A DNA stretch of 64,000 bases from a virus. This document shows, piece by piece, positions 16,165 to 25,052 of the stretch. Positions within the stretch are counted from its first letter, which is position 1; each line of letters starts with the position of its first letter. Below the pieces are notes generated by a model. The model had not been told where the DNA came from. It searched no databases and saw only the letters and a list, made by a program, of their open reading frames with translations. Both the position numbers and the translations under genes were made by a program. The stretch lies in the IMG/VR virus record IMGVR_UViG_3300031088_000001, one strand, 5' to 3'.

Positions 16165-17011
16165 ATGCCAGTTGGAGTATCTGAAAAAACTCTACCCACA
16201 GATGCAGTTTGAATTGCGTGACTTTGGCGGGCAGCAGGCCGTGTACCTGCAAGGCACCTTCATTCGCTTCGATGCCAAGCGTTGGGCGAATGGCGGCGGT
16301 ACCTACGTCTTCATGGGCGTCGGCGCCAAGCTGCACCCTGTAACCCGACCACGTATGTCAGAGGCGCTCGACTTCGCCCAGCAGCAATGCAAGGCGCTGC
16401 GCAAGACGCACTCCCACCAGCGTCAGGAGCTCAACCAGTTCGTCGAGAACCTGCGCGAGTCGGACGTCTTCGAGCCTGCAGAAGTCGAAATGACCATCGA
16501 CGGCTTCGGTGACCATGCCAGCAATATCCCACGTGTGGACGTGCGCTTCATCGGCGTGGAGACAGTGATCGCGTCGATTCGTTTCCTGCGCTACTCGCCT
16601 GCTGACCTGAACGGTGAAATCGAAGTGCTGTTCGGCGACGAGGTGTTTGAGTTTGACAGCGTGCCCAAGGTGCTCGACTTCTTCGGCGGCTGGGAAGTCT
16701 TCCGTCGCACGGACCGTCGCGTTGAAACTCACAAGGTGCAACTGCGCGCACACGGTCTTGGCACGATTGCTCTGGTACCGTACAAGGAACTCACCCTGTA
16801 CGCACCGTACCTGCTGGTGATGCAAGCCAACGCATTCGCTGTCGAGCAAGCGAAGGTGACAGTCACTGCGCAGACCGAGAGTACCTACGAAGGTGCGAAC
16901 GTCACTGGCATCAACGGTGCGCTGGCTGAAATCTTCACCCAAGAACAAACTCTCGCATACGTGTCGGCGGTAGTGGAACCGTCGCTGCAATGGGACTACA
17001 GCTTCAAATAA
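16154..17011 (+). CDS. hypothetical protein (285 aa)
   Basis: ORF with an 11-nt overlap upstream. Apparent paralog of 15370-16164. Confidence 0.6.
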   Translation: MTSECQLEYLKKLYPQMQFELRDFGGQQAVYLQGTFIRFDAKRWANGGGTYVFMGVGAKLHPVTRPRMSEALDFAQQQCKALRKTHSHQRQELNQFVENLRESDVFEPAEVEMTIDGFGDHASNIPRVDVRFIGVETVIASIRFLRYSPADLNGEIEVLFGDEVFEFDSVPKVLDFFGGWEVFRRTDRRVETHKVQLRAHGLGTIALVPYKELTLYAPYLLVMQANAFAVEQAKVTVTAQTESTYEGANVTGINGALAEIFTQEQTLAYVSAVVEPSLQWDYSFK

Positions 17012-17021
17012 GGAGAGACAA

Positions 17022-18548
17022 GTGGGAACTTACAACTACCTGCGTGGCGAAGCAACCATCAAGCCCGAACTTGTAGACGTGGTTAAGCAGATCGTCGAGC
17101 GCGAAGACTACTGGCACAAGCTGCCAGTGCCTGAGCACTTCAAGCGTCTGCACGCTTTCCATCTGCTGTGCCTAGCCGATCGCCATCGCTTAGTTCCGAG
17201 CGCATTCAGCAACGGCAACAAACAGGCACCAAGCTGGGACGAGCCGATCAAGACACATCTTGACGGTAATAAGCTGGTCTTCGGCATGTGCTTCAAGAAC
17301 TACGAAAATACGCAGGAAGCCTTCGTTGCGCTGCTCCCGCATCTGGCTACTGACTGGTGGGCTGAACAAGACTGGAGCGACGCCAGCTACTTCATTCCAG
17401 ACCCAGATCAACCCGAGCGCTACCTGACGCGTTGGAACAGCCACGAAGAAGGCAAGGGTGCTCCAGCTATCGACTTCCAGTACGTGCTCAAAGAAGCAGA
17501 ACGGGAGATTGAGGAAATCGCCGAGGTGCGCCTGAAGAAGTCGTGTGTCAACTTCGAAGGCTGGACCGGCGAGAGTGCGTTGGCACTGGACGACACCTAC
17601 CTGCGTGATCCGTGGCTGCTGGGCATCGCACACCACTACAGCCTGCAGTTGAAGAAGAAAAAGCGAGAGCGTGAGGTCAATCGCCCGACGCCATTGCTGG
17701 ACTTGCTCAACATCATGCCGGAAGCGTTGATGGGGCAGAACGTGCGGATTGAGCGTGCGTCGAATCCAACACCTCAGAATAGCAAAGGCTTCGAGTTCAA
17801 GACCACACCCGTAGCCACTTGGCCTAAGCCACACCCGCATCAGATCGCAGAAGGTGAGCGTATTCGCGCCATGTTCGGCGACAGCGATATTGGCATGAAC
17901 CCATTCAACCGTACGGTCATTGTGACGGAGGGTCCAGTTGACGAAATGCAGCTTGGTAAGCTGGGACTACCTGACCATCTGATTAGCGCGACCGAAATGC
18001 TTTCTGGTGGCATCAAGCCTGGGATGTTCTACAGCTTCTCCACACCGCACTCACCGCGCCCGAGCATCGCCGAAACATTCATGCGCACTGCCATGGGCGG
18101 CAAGTCCAACATAGCGCTGCGCTTGACACTGGCTCGCCTTGCCATCTTGGCAGAGGGTATGTCACCGCCAAAAGACGCTGAGCCACCACAGGGTGAATCG
18201 CTGTTCGAGGCACTGTTCGATTCGTTCAGCAACAACCAGCCGAAGTTCTTCCTGGACTCGTACCCTGCAGGGCTGGGCAAGACTGGCACGGTGACTCGTG
18301 GTGTACGCGGCTGGGCTGGTGAGCCGGGGCCTGCTGGTCCAGGTATCTGGGACATTGATACAGGTGCACTGCCACCACCAGCAGCGGAAGACCCAAGCAC
18401 CAAAGACAAGCTGCAAGGGTTAGCATGGCAGCACCAGCAACGTGTCGAAGCGAAGGCGGCAGCTGCCAATCCAAAGTCGCGTCCATCCAAACCCGGCGCC
18501 AAAGAAAAGCGTAAACAGCAGAAAGCAAGCCGCAAAAGGAACCGCTAA
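17022..18548 (+). CDS. hypothetical protein (508 aa) with a Lys/Arg-rich C-terminal tail
   Basis: GTG start after GGAGAGA. The tail reads KSRPSKPGAKEKRKQQKASRKRNR. Confidence 0.6.
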   Translation: MGTYNYLRGEATIKPELVDVVKQIVEREDYWHKLPVPEHFKRLHAFHLLCLADRHRLVPSAFSNGNKQAPSWDEPIKTHLDGNKLVFGMCFKNYENTQEAFVALLPHLATDWWAEQDWSDASYFIPDPDQPERYLTRWNSHEEGKGAPAIDFQYVLKEAEREIEEIAEVRLKKSCVNFEGWTGESALALDDTYLRDPWLLGIAHHYSLQLKKKKREREVNRPTPLLDLLNIMPEALMGQNVRIERASNPTPQNSKGFEFKTTPVATWPKPHPHQIAEGERIRAMFGDSDIGMNPFNRTVIVTEGPVDEMQLGKLGLPDHLISATEMLSGGIKPGMFYSFSTPHSPRPSIAETFMRTAMGGKSNIALRLTLARLAILAEGMSPPKDAEPPQGESLFEALFDSFSNNQPKFFLDSYPAGLGKTGTVTRGVRGWAGEPGPAGPGIWDIDTGALPPPAAEDPSTKDKLQGLAWQHQQRVEAKAAAANPKSRPSKPGAKEKRKQQKASRKRNR

Positions 18549-18748
18549 TGGCTAAGTCAATTGAGTTTTCCATGGAGTGCGTCAACGGCGGGCGTGGCAG
18601 TCACGGTACTGTCGGTCAGCTTGACGGGGGCTTCCGCTTCTACGTCTGCCTTGATGGTCAGTATGCTGACACCGTCATGCCACGTGCATCGCTGGTCGAA
18701 ATGCGTGACGCGATCAACAAGGCTCTGGAGGAAACATCAGATGCCTAG
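18548..18748 (+). CDS. small protein with weak HicA-like features
   Basis: 66 aa. GRGSHG...TVMPRASLVEMRDAINKAL resembles the HicA pattern GSH...tvP.H...l..I.k. Overlaps the next gene by 8 nt. Confidence 0.55.
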   Translation: MAKSIEFSMECVNGGRGSHGTVGQLDGGFRFYVCLDGQYADTVMPRASLVEMRDAINKALEETSDA

Positions 18749-19079
18749 GCGCTACTACAAAGGACGTGTGAGCAAGGGCATGGCGTCGATCCCTGACGGT
18801 CCACGCTACTACATCTGGACGCGCTACGATGCAGAGCGCCAAGTGTACGTTGCCACCTTCCCTGACTTGGTAAACGTGGCAAGTGCCGAAGGTGCGTCGA
18901 TTACCGAAGCGTGCCTTGCTGTGCAGGCCAACTTCAACGCGCTGAACTACAACCCGCCTCGCCTTCCCAAGCAGCGCATGTACACCGACATGGTGAACAA
19001 GCCAGAGTTCAAAGGTGGTAGCTGGAGCACGTACTATCCGAAGTTCTCTAGCGTGCGCTTGGGCGACATTGACCACTAG
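18741..19079 (+). CDS. HicB-like (UPF0150-type) protein
   Basis: Internal ATG of ORF 18561-19079 after GGAGG. YVATFPDLVNVASAEGASITEACLAVQANFNAL fits the HicB N-terminal pattern (...fPdlpGc.t.Gdt.eEa...a.eal). Confidence 0.5.
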   Translation: MPRRYYKGRVSKGMASIPDGPRYYIWTRYDAERQVYVATFPDLVNVASAEGASITEACLAVQANFNALNYNPPRLPKQRMYTDMVNKPEFKGGSWSTYYPKFSSVRLGDIDH

Positions 19080-19088
19080 GAGGCAGCT

Positions 19089-19559
19089 ATGGCGAAGATC
19101 ACGCAGGAAGAAGCTGAGGCAATGCTTCAACGCAACAACATCGCAGTGACGGACGAGAATATCCGTTTGACCATGACGATGGTTGCGCTTGACATATCGG
19201 AAGACTTTCTCAAGGACTCATTCAACGTGAGTCCTGAGGTGGCCGAAATGTTTGACAACCACAACCGCCTTCGCGAGAGTGCAAAGAAGTCATTGAAGTC
19301 ATTCTCCACGCGCATCTTGGATGCACTGCTCGCATCTGGCAAGACGTTGTTGATTACCAACAGCCAGCGAGAAGGTGAGAAGCCTCGTGTCGATGTGGAC
19401 TTGATTGACAAGGACACTGTGCGCAATATTCTCAGCATGGGACCAAAGCATTCGATAGGAGCGTTCCAGTATGATAGGTCCCGGATTGTTCGATTCAATG
19501 AACAAACTGGGGAGACTATCCCTAGTCAACATGAAGGTGGACCGTCCACCAAGCACTAG
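19089..19559 (+). CDS. hypothetical protein (156 aa)
   Basis: ATG after AGGAGG. The last roughly 30 codons have low GC3 and overlap the next gene. Confidence 0.55.
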   Translation: MAKITQEEAEAMLQRNNIAVTDENIRLTMTMVALDISEDFLKDSFNVSPEVAEMFDNHNRLRESAKKSLKSFSTRILDALLASGKTLLITNSQREGEKPRVDVDLIDKDTVRNILSMGPKHSIGAFQYDRSRIVRFNEQTGETIPSQHEGGPSTKH

Positions 19560-19845
19560 GAAGACAGTCACCATCTACATCGGCAGGCCCAGTGTGTTGC
19601 AGAACCGCTGGCCTACTCCGTACTACGGCACACGCAGCGAAGTATGCGACCGCTATGATCGCTGGCTGGAGAAGCGTGTTGCCAAGAACAATCGCCGCAT
19701 CATGGCTGAACTCAATCGCATCGCCGATCTGGTCGAAGCTGGTTATGATGTGGTGCTTGAGTGTTACTGCAAACCCAAACGCTGTCACGGTGATAGCGTC
19801 CTCAAACAAGTTCGCCTCATATTAAAGAACAGGAGTAAGCGATGA
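19471..19845 (+). CDS. DUF4326-like protein
   Basis: TIYIGRPS...RYDRWL...VLECYCKPKRCHGDSVL matches the DUF4326 pattern (yiGR...C.C.P..CHgdvl). ATG 19471 has AGGAG 9 nt upstream. ATG 19531 is an alternative start. Confidence 0.65.
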   Translation: MIGPGLFDSMNKLGRLSLVNMKVDRPPSTRKTVTIYIGRPSVLQNRWPTPYYGTRSEVCDRYDRWLEKRVAKNNRRIMAELNRIADLVEAGYDVVLECYCKPKRCHGDSVLKQVRLILKNRSKR

Positions 19846-20453
19846 AAGAAGTATTTGTGGCAGCAGCCGCAGCACTGGTACTGGTTGGGTGTGAGCAACA
19901 GGACGAGCCACCTACGCCCGAAGAAGAGGCGAAGTACCTTGAAGATCAGGCTGCATCCGCAACTCGACAGCAGATGGCTGCCGATCAGGAAGACCTGAAA
20001 CAGACCGTTGCCGAACTGCGCAAGAAGGACCCGTCTGTCAAAGATGCCTACTTCACCTACAACGAAAAGGGTGAGAAGGAACTCAACATCGTGCGCGAAG
20101 AAGCCAACGGGTCGAGCTCCAGTTCCGTGTGGCCACTGCTCGCTGGTGCGGCTACTGGCTACGCAGTCGCGTCTATGATGAACAATCGTGGTGGCTACAG
20201 CGGGTATGCCGCATCGAATCCTCCGCGCTCCTACCAGTCGTATGCTGACGAGGATGATCGTCGCCGTCGTACCAACGCAGGTACCGCAGCGTACACGTCC
20301 ACCATGATGAACAACAATCGTTCTGCGATTCGTTCGTCGCCAAGCTTCCGCAGCTCGGCTACAAAGGCAGTTATCTCCTCCCGCACCTCGGGAGTTTTTG
20401 CAGGTTCGACTGGCGCTCGTGGCGGCGCGCACGCAGTATCTTCTGGGAGCTAA
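19842..20453 (+). CDS. lipoprotein, DUF1190 (YgiB/YjfM)-like
   Basis: Signal peptide with lipobox LVGC. VWPLLAGAATGYAVASMMNNRGG and a Ser/Arg/Gly-rich tail resemble E. coli YgiB (FWMPLMAGYMMGRLMGG ... SSRSMGG). Confidence 0.6.
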   Translation: MKEVFVAAAAALVLVGCEQQDEPPTPEEEAKYLEDQAASATRQQMAADQEDLKQTVAELRKKDPSVKDAYFTYNEKGEKELNIVREEANGSSSSSVWPLLAGAATGYAVASMMNNRGGYSGYAASNPPRSYQSYADEDDRRRRTNAGTAAYTSTMMNNNRSAIRSSPSFRSSATKAVISSRTSGVFAGSTGARGGAHAVSSGS

Positions 20454-20456
20454 GCA

Positions 20457-21749
20457 ATGCGTATTCAGAATCACCCAATCAATCTGAACCTCGACACCTT
20501 GATGGACGAGGAGCTGCCGTGGACCCAGGCGTTCTATCGCGAGGCGAACAGCAACGAACTCAAACAGGACGTGCGCGAATACTTCCAGTACGCCACAGAG
20601 CACGCGCACAACATGCCGTTCTACGTCCTCCAGCAGTCGGCCTGCGCCAAAATCGAAACCATCTTCGAGCGCACCTATGCGTGTTTGCACGATGCAGTAG
20701 GTCTGCTGTTCAAAGAGAACCGTGCGGTGATCGAGCGCTACATGGGCAGCGAACTTCTGGCCAAGCATCCTGAGTTCCTGGACTATGCGCGCTGGACTTA
20801 CACGTCGCGCAGTTCGCACAAGCAACCAATCTACGGGCGCTTTGACGCGGCATTCGATCCTGCGACCAACGAAGTCACTGGCATCTACGAGTTCAACGGT
20901 GACACTCCGACCATGCTGTTTGAGTCGGTGAACCTCCAGACGCTGCTGTGTAAGCAAGTGACCGGCGACGAAGAATGCCAGCTCAACAGCCTGTGGCCGC
21001 TGATGGACGAGCTGTTCGGGCATCTTGGACAAATCCCAGGGCACTCCGCAGTCGTCTTCCATCAAGACTCGTTCGAGGACATGGCGACGTGCGAAACCAT
21101 CGCACAGATCATGAGCCAGATCAACCCGAACGTGTTCTTCGTGGACATTAACGAGCTGGACTTCGATCACTCGGAACCGTCCAAGCCATTTGTCTTCGGC
21201 GACTATCGCCTGGACGCCGTATTCATCCTGCACCCGTGGGAAGAAATGGTCGAAGCTGCGCCGAGCGTATTCTCCAATTGGGGCAAGTGGTGCCAGAACG
21301 TCACCTTCTTCGAGCCTGCATGGCGCTGGTTCGCATCGAACAAAGGCATCTGGGCGTACATCACCGAGGTCATGAAGTTTGGCGGCCTGTCGCAGTACGC
21401 AGACCTGCCACTGCTCAAGACCTACATGGAGCCGTCGCCGTTCATCAACACGAACGCGCCGTACGTCTCGAAACCCAACATGGGTCGCATGTCCGCCAAC
21501 GTCACGATCCACACGCAAACCGGTGAAGCGTACACGTCGGAAGGTCCGTACGACGGCACTACCCGTGTCTATCAAGAGTTCTGCCCAGCACATCAACTCA
21601 ACGGACGCAACGACTTCATCATCGGTATGTTTGTAGTGCCGGACGAAGGCGGCGCCACGTGTACCGCAGCAACGCTGTGCATCCGCGAGTTCAACGGCAA
21701 GGTGGTTGGCTGGCATAACGAACGCTGGATTCCCCACTATCTGGAGTAA
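20457..21749 (+). CDS. glutathionylspermidine-synthase-like ATP-grasp amide ligase (YgiC/YjfC-like)
   Basis: IYGRFDAAFDPATNEVTGIYEFNGDTPTMLFES, LHPWEEMV...FFEPAWRWFASNKGIWAYI and YVSKPNMGRMSANVTI...EGPYDG each align by eye with conserved blocks of E. coli YgiC. Confidence 0.85.
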   Translation: MRIQNHPINLNLDTLMDEELPWTQAFYREANSNELKQDVREYFQYATEHAHNMPFYVLQQSACAKIETIFERTYACLHDAVGLLFKENRAVIERYMGSELLAKHPEFLDYARWTYTSRSSHKQPIYGRFDAAFDPATNEVTGIYEFNGDTPTMLFESVNLQTLLCKQVTGDEECQLNSLWPLMDELFGHLGQIPGHSAVVFHQDSFEDMATCETIAQIMSQINPNVFFVDINELDFDHSEPSKPFVFGDYRLDAVFILHPWEEMVEAAPSVFSNWGKWCQNVTFFEPAWRWFASNKGIWAYITEVMKFGGLSQYADLPLLKTYMEPSPFINTNAPYVSKPNMGRMSANVTIHTQTGEAYTSEGPYDGTTRVYQEFCPAHQLNGRNDFIIGMFVVPDEGGATCTAATLCIREFNGKVVGWHNERWIPHYLE

Positions 21750-21752
21750 GCG

Positions 21753-22172
21753 ATGAACCGTATCTCATTGGCAAGTCTGCAACTCACTGGGCTCAACAAG
21801 CGCGAGTCTACCGATCTGGTGGCGGTGTTCAACCACGCGGACAACGACGTGTTCCAGACGTATGCCGCCTACAACTTCGTCAACACCGTAGACATTCGCG
21901 TGGCGATGAAGATGCGCTTCGATGCGTACATGACCAACAAGGCTGCGGAGCTCTGGAAGTCCGTAGAGGTCATCTGTGACGAACGCAACAACACGCCTGA
22001 CAAGGTGGAAGAGAATCGGCTGGCAATCGACGTGCTTATCACGTGGCGCAATGGGCAGCACGCGCAACTGCACTACACCTACCACAAGTCGGAGTATGAG
22101 GACTTCGTGAAGAACTTCTCCACGAACATGCTCAACGACCTGGATGCGATTCACGCACGGGAGGGTGAATGA
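21753..22172 (+). CDS. hypothetical protein (139 aa)
   Basis: ORF 3 nt after the previous stop. Confidence 0.6.
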   Translation: MNRISLASLQLTGLNKRESTDLVAVFNHADNDVFQTYAAYNFVNTVDIRVAMKMRFDAYMTNKAAELWKSVEVICDERNNTPDKVEENRLAIDVLITWRNGQHAQLHYTYHKSEYEDFVKNFSTNMLNDLDAIHAREGE

Positions 22173-22903
22173 GTAACCTTCCCGCAGTTCGATCTGCCGT
22201 AGCCGAGCGTGCCAAGCCTCTTGCTGACCTGATCAAGGAGCTGCAGGAAGCGTCGAACGATCCAAAGCTGGAAGCTGAGATTCTTACCCACCTCGACTTC
22301 TTCATCCTCAACGTGCGCGCTGGTTGGCAGGGTCGACTTGGGATCACGGACGTCGTTAAACAAAACGACACCATGTACTTCGGCAACGGTAAGCAGTACA
22401 TTCCGCCACCAAAACGCGATCTAGACATTGCAATGGATAGTGGGTACTCGGAGCAACTGGCTCTCGACATACGCGGCTTCTTTGAAGGTGCGATGCGTGC
22501 GATGGACCAGTGGCCGTTCCGTGGCTGGTGGCCAAACACCATCAACTTCAACCATCACTCGCTTGATGGTTACGGTTGCGAAACCACTTGGACGTTCCCG
22601 CTCTTGGAGTGTTCGCCAGCGTTTGATCGCCAGATGGCTCTCCTGTCACTGATGATTAACGTCAGCCAAGATATGCAGGACCGCGTGGACGCACTGCTCG
22701 CACGCACGAAGGGCATGGAGCTCAGCGGGTTCGAGGCGAAGCTCCGCGAGGTGTGCCAGCACTTGAGCGAGTTCTACTGGCACGTGCTCACCAACCCATT
22801 CAGTCCGTGGCGCGACGATCCATTCGCGCAGCCGTATCGTTCGAGCGCACAGCAAGAGAATGGCTTACCACTACATCCAAGGGAGTTGGGCTATGAGGGG
22901 TAA
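22169..22903 (+). CDS. hypothetical protein (244 aa)
   Basis: ATGA overlap upstream. Confidence 0.6.
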   Translation: MSNLPAVRSAVAERAKPLADLIKELQEASNDPKLEAEILTHLDFFILNVRAGWQGRLGITDVVKQNDTMYFGNGKQYIPPPKRDLDIAMDSGYSEQLALDIRGFFEGAMRAMDQWPFRGWWPNTINFNHHSLDGYGCETTWTFPLLECSPAFDRQMALLSLMINVSQDMQDRVDALLARTKGMELSGFEAKLREVCQHLSEFYWHVLTNPFSPWRDDPFAQPYRSSAQQENGLPLHPRELGYEG

Positions 22904-23189
22904 AGTGACGGAAGTGAAGTACCCGTGCGTTATCAACAACGGCATCCAGTGCAAGTGTGGCGGCTTGCTCTGGTCCGTCAACCGACTTGAGGACGAGTAC
23001 GATCACGGCTGCGCAGAACTCGATGGGCCGTGTCCGAAGTGTAAAACAGAATACAAGAAGCCGCACTCTGTTATCCTTGCTGGCGGCGAGTGGCGCGACG
23101 ACAAGCAAAAGGTCGAGTACCCAGAGCCGTCACCGCCTGCCGATCTTCGCAATGGTGTCCAAGTCAAAATGGTCCCACTGGAGGCATAA
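22893..23189 (+). CDS. Cys-rich small protein (zinc-ribbon-like)
   Basis: Internal ATG after GGGAG. CVINNGIQCKCGG...HGCAELDGPCPKCKTEY contains paired Cys motifs. Confidence 0.55.
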   Translation: MRGKVTEVKYPCVINNGIQCKCGGLLWSVNRLEDEYDHGCAELDGPCPKCKTEYKKPHSVILAGGEWRDDKQKVEYPEPSPPADLRNGVQVKMVPLEA

Positions 23190-23836
23190 TGCTTATCAAC
23201 AACAACACGGGAGTCGCACTGACTTCCCGAGACCTGCAAGACTTCCATCCTGCCGAACTGCGCTATGTGTACGTGCTGGACGGCAGCAACTCTACGCGCA
23301 ACAAGCTGGTGGAGCTGCGCAATCTGCCGTTCGACCTGCCTGAGATTCAGCGTCGCCAAATCCCGCACCCGCTGGATGCCCGCTACGGTGAAGTGCCGGC
23401 CGATGTTCTCGCGTTCGCTGCGACGGTTGAAGTGCCTGAGTTGGTTGACTTGAGCTGGATCGTGCTCGACACGGACAGCAATCGCGTTATCAAGGCGCCG
23501 GAGTTTAGCTCCGACTATGACACAGTGGTCGTCCAGCTGTACAACTTCGGCGTCGAGCGTCTGCCGATGACCGCAACCAACCTGATGAAGTTTATCGACA
23601 ACATCCGCAAGCGCTATCACAGTGCGCGGGAAGAGCTGATGAACACCTACGGGTTGGAAGTCGATCCGCTGACTACCAAGTTCAAGCAGGACAACGTTGT
23701 CGCCATGTCGCTGGTGATCGAAGAAGACCTGCAGAAGCTCACGTGGGTCGAGAATCACCTCAAGCGCCTCAACAACAAGAACCCGAAGATCGCTTCGGCT
23801 GACGCGGTCGAGCGGGTACGGAAAGCCTACAAATGA
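23189..23836 (+). CDS. hypothetical protein (215 aa)
   Basis: Internal ATG after GGAGG. TAATG overlap with the upstream stop. Confidence 0.6.
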   Translation: MLINNNTGVALTSRDLQDFHPAELRYVYVLDGSNSTRNKLVELRNLPFDLPEIQRRQIPHPLDARYGEVPADVLAFAATVEVPELVDLSWIVLDTDSNRVIKAPEFSSDYDTVVVQLYNFGVERLPMTATNLMKFIDNIRKRYHSAREELMNTYGLEVDPLTTKFKQDNVVAMSLVIEEDLQKLTWVENHLKRLNNKNPKIASADAVERVRKAYK

Positions 23837-24243
23837 GCAAAGCCAACTCACGGTTCAAAGACCGCATAGTCCTGTTTGCTGTGAGCCACACGTTCAAGCG
23901 GGTGTACATTCTGCGCAACGTCCCACGAAAGATTGCCCGACGTATGACGGACAATGCAGGTAACTCGGGGAAGATTTTGCTCTGCCTGTACAACCAATGG
24001 TTGGATGTTGAGGAGCGCCGTGACGTTCAGTGCGTGCGCTTTGCCAATCTGCTGTCGAAAGACTTCTACCGCGCAATGTATCGCTATGTTGACCATGGCA
24101 TTGAGCTAGAGTCGACCGACGAAGGCTTGGATAACTATCAAGTCGTTGGCGATTCGCGCGGTGTGTTGCAATACAAACGTGCGACCGGGTGCTTCCTAGA
24201 TTACATCAACGGTTGGAAGAACGGTCACGTCGAAAGGATTTGA
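23833..24243 (+). CDS. hypothetical protein (136 aa)
   Basis: ATGA overlap upstream. Confidence 0.6.
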   Translation: MSKANSRFKDRIVLFAVSHTFKRVYILRNVPRKIARRMTDNAGNSGKILLCLYNQWLDVEERRDVQCVRFANLLSKDFYRAMYRYVDHGIELESTDEGLDNYQVVGDSRGVLQYKRATGCFLDYINGWKNGHVERI

Positions 24244-24246
24244 GGC

Positions 24247-24549
24247 ATGAATTTTAAGCGAACCGTCTACATTCTCGGAGCGATGCACTACGGCTTGGAT
24301 ACGCCGCAGCAAATTGCAGATCACTCCGGGCTGGAGCTTGTAGCAATCGACAGGTCCATTCGAGACCATGCGAAGAAGTTTGGCATCACCTTCGAAAAAG
24401 ATTCCGGTACCAAGCTGCGTGCGACGTACCGCTACAGCGTGACCGACTGGGGTGCATTGAATCCTGACTGGGTGCGCGACAACATGGACCGCATCGCGGT
24501 TGAACTTGACCTACCGAATATGGGTGAACGGAAATGGAAATTCAATTAA
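24247..24549 (+). CDS. hypothetical protein, possible winged-helix DNA binding
   Basis: YILGAMHYGLDTPQQIADHSGLELVAIDRSIRDHAKKFG looks like a wHTH. Weak call. Confidence 0.5.
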   Translation: MNFKRTVYILGAMHYGLDTPQQIADHSGLELVAIDRSIRDHAKKFGITFEKDSGTKLRATYRYSVTDWGALNPDWVRDNMDRIAVELDLPNMGERKWKFN

Positions 24550-25052
24550 GCGCCAACACGTGGATCGACAATGACGTGCTCAACCTAAGCGAGCATCAAG
24601 TGGTAGAGCTCCAACGTATCGCGAGCCTGCCTGGGTTCAGTGGCTTGCTGGAACCCAACTTGAACCAGCGTCGTTCGCGCGGTCCTGTTGTCGTCACGTA
24701 CCTCAACGGCAGTCGTCGTGTGCAGATGCTGCTGGGCGTGTATCGCACAATGCCGTGGCCACAAGACCAGCAGTTCACGCAACTGCACCAACGTGACGTA
24801 GCGATCAGCGCGCAGAAGCTGGTTATCCTGAAGGCGCTCAAGTCTCCGTTCAATCAGGAGCTGGGCAACTCGCTGGAAGAAAGTACGGCGCGTGTGCAGC
24901 GTGCGCTCCAGCAGGTCAACGCTATGGAGACGATCAGTCCACTGAATGCGCTGGAGACGGCTGCGGTGTTTATCCATCATGCCAACTTGAAGCTGGCGTT
25001 CAAGGTGGTCGAGGATATTGACGAACAAACAGGGGCGCGCCGACATGGATAA
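24534..25052 (+). CDS. hypothetical protein (172 aa)
   Basis: ORF with a 16-nt overlap upstream. Confidence 0.55.
   Translation: MEIQLSANTWIDNDVLNLSEHQVVELQRIASLPGFSGLLEPNLNQRRSRGPVVVTYLNGSRRVQMLLGVYRTMPWPQDQQFTQLHQRDVAISAQKLVILKALKSPFNQELGNSLEESTARVQRALQQVNAMETISPLNALETAAVFIHHANLKLAFKVVEDIDEQTGARRHG

Noticed and set aside
19785-21737. 650-aa ORF on the - strand, opposite the glutathionylspermidine-synthase-like gene
   Set aside because: This is an antisense shadow ORF. It has an R/V/H/G-rich low-complexity translation and no SD. The + strand frame carries clear family motifs. Long stop-free antisense frames are expected at this GC content.
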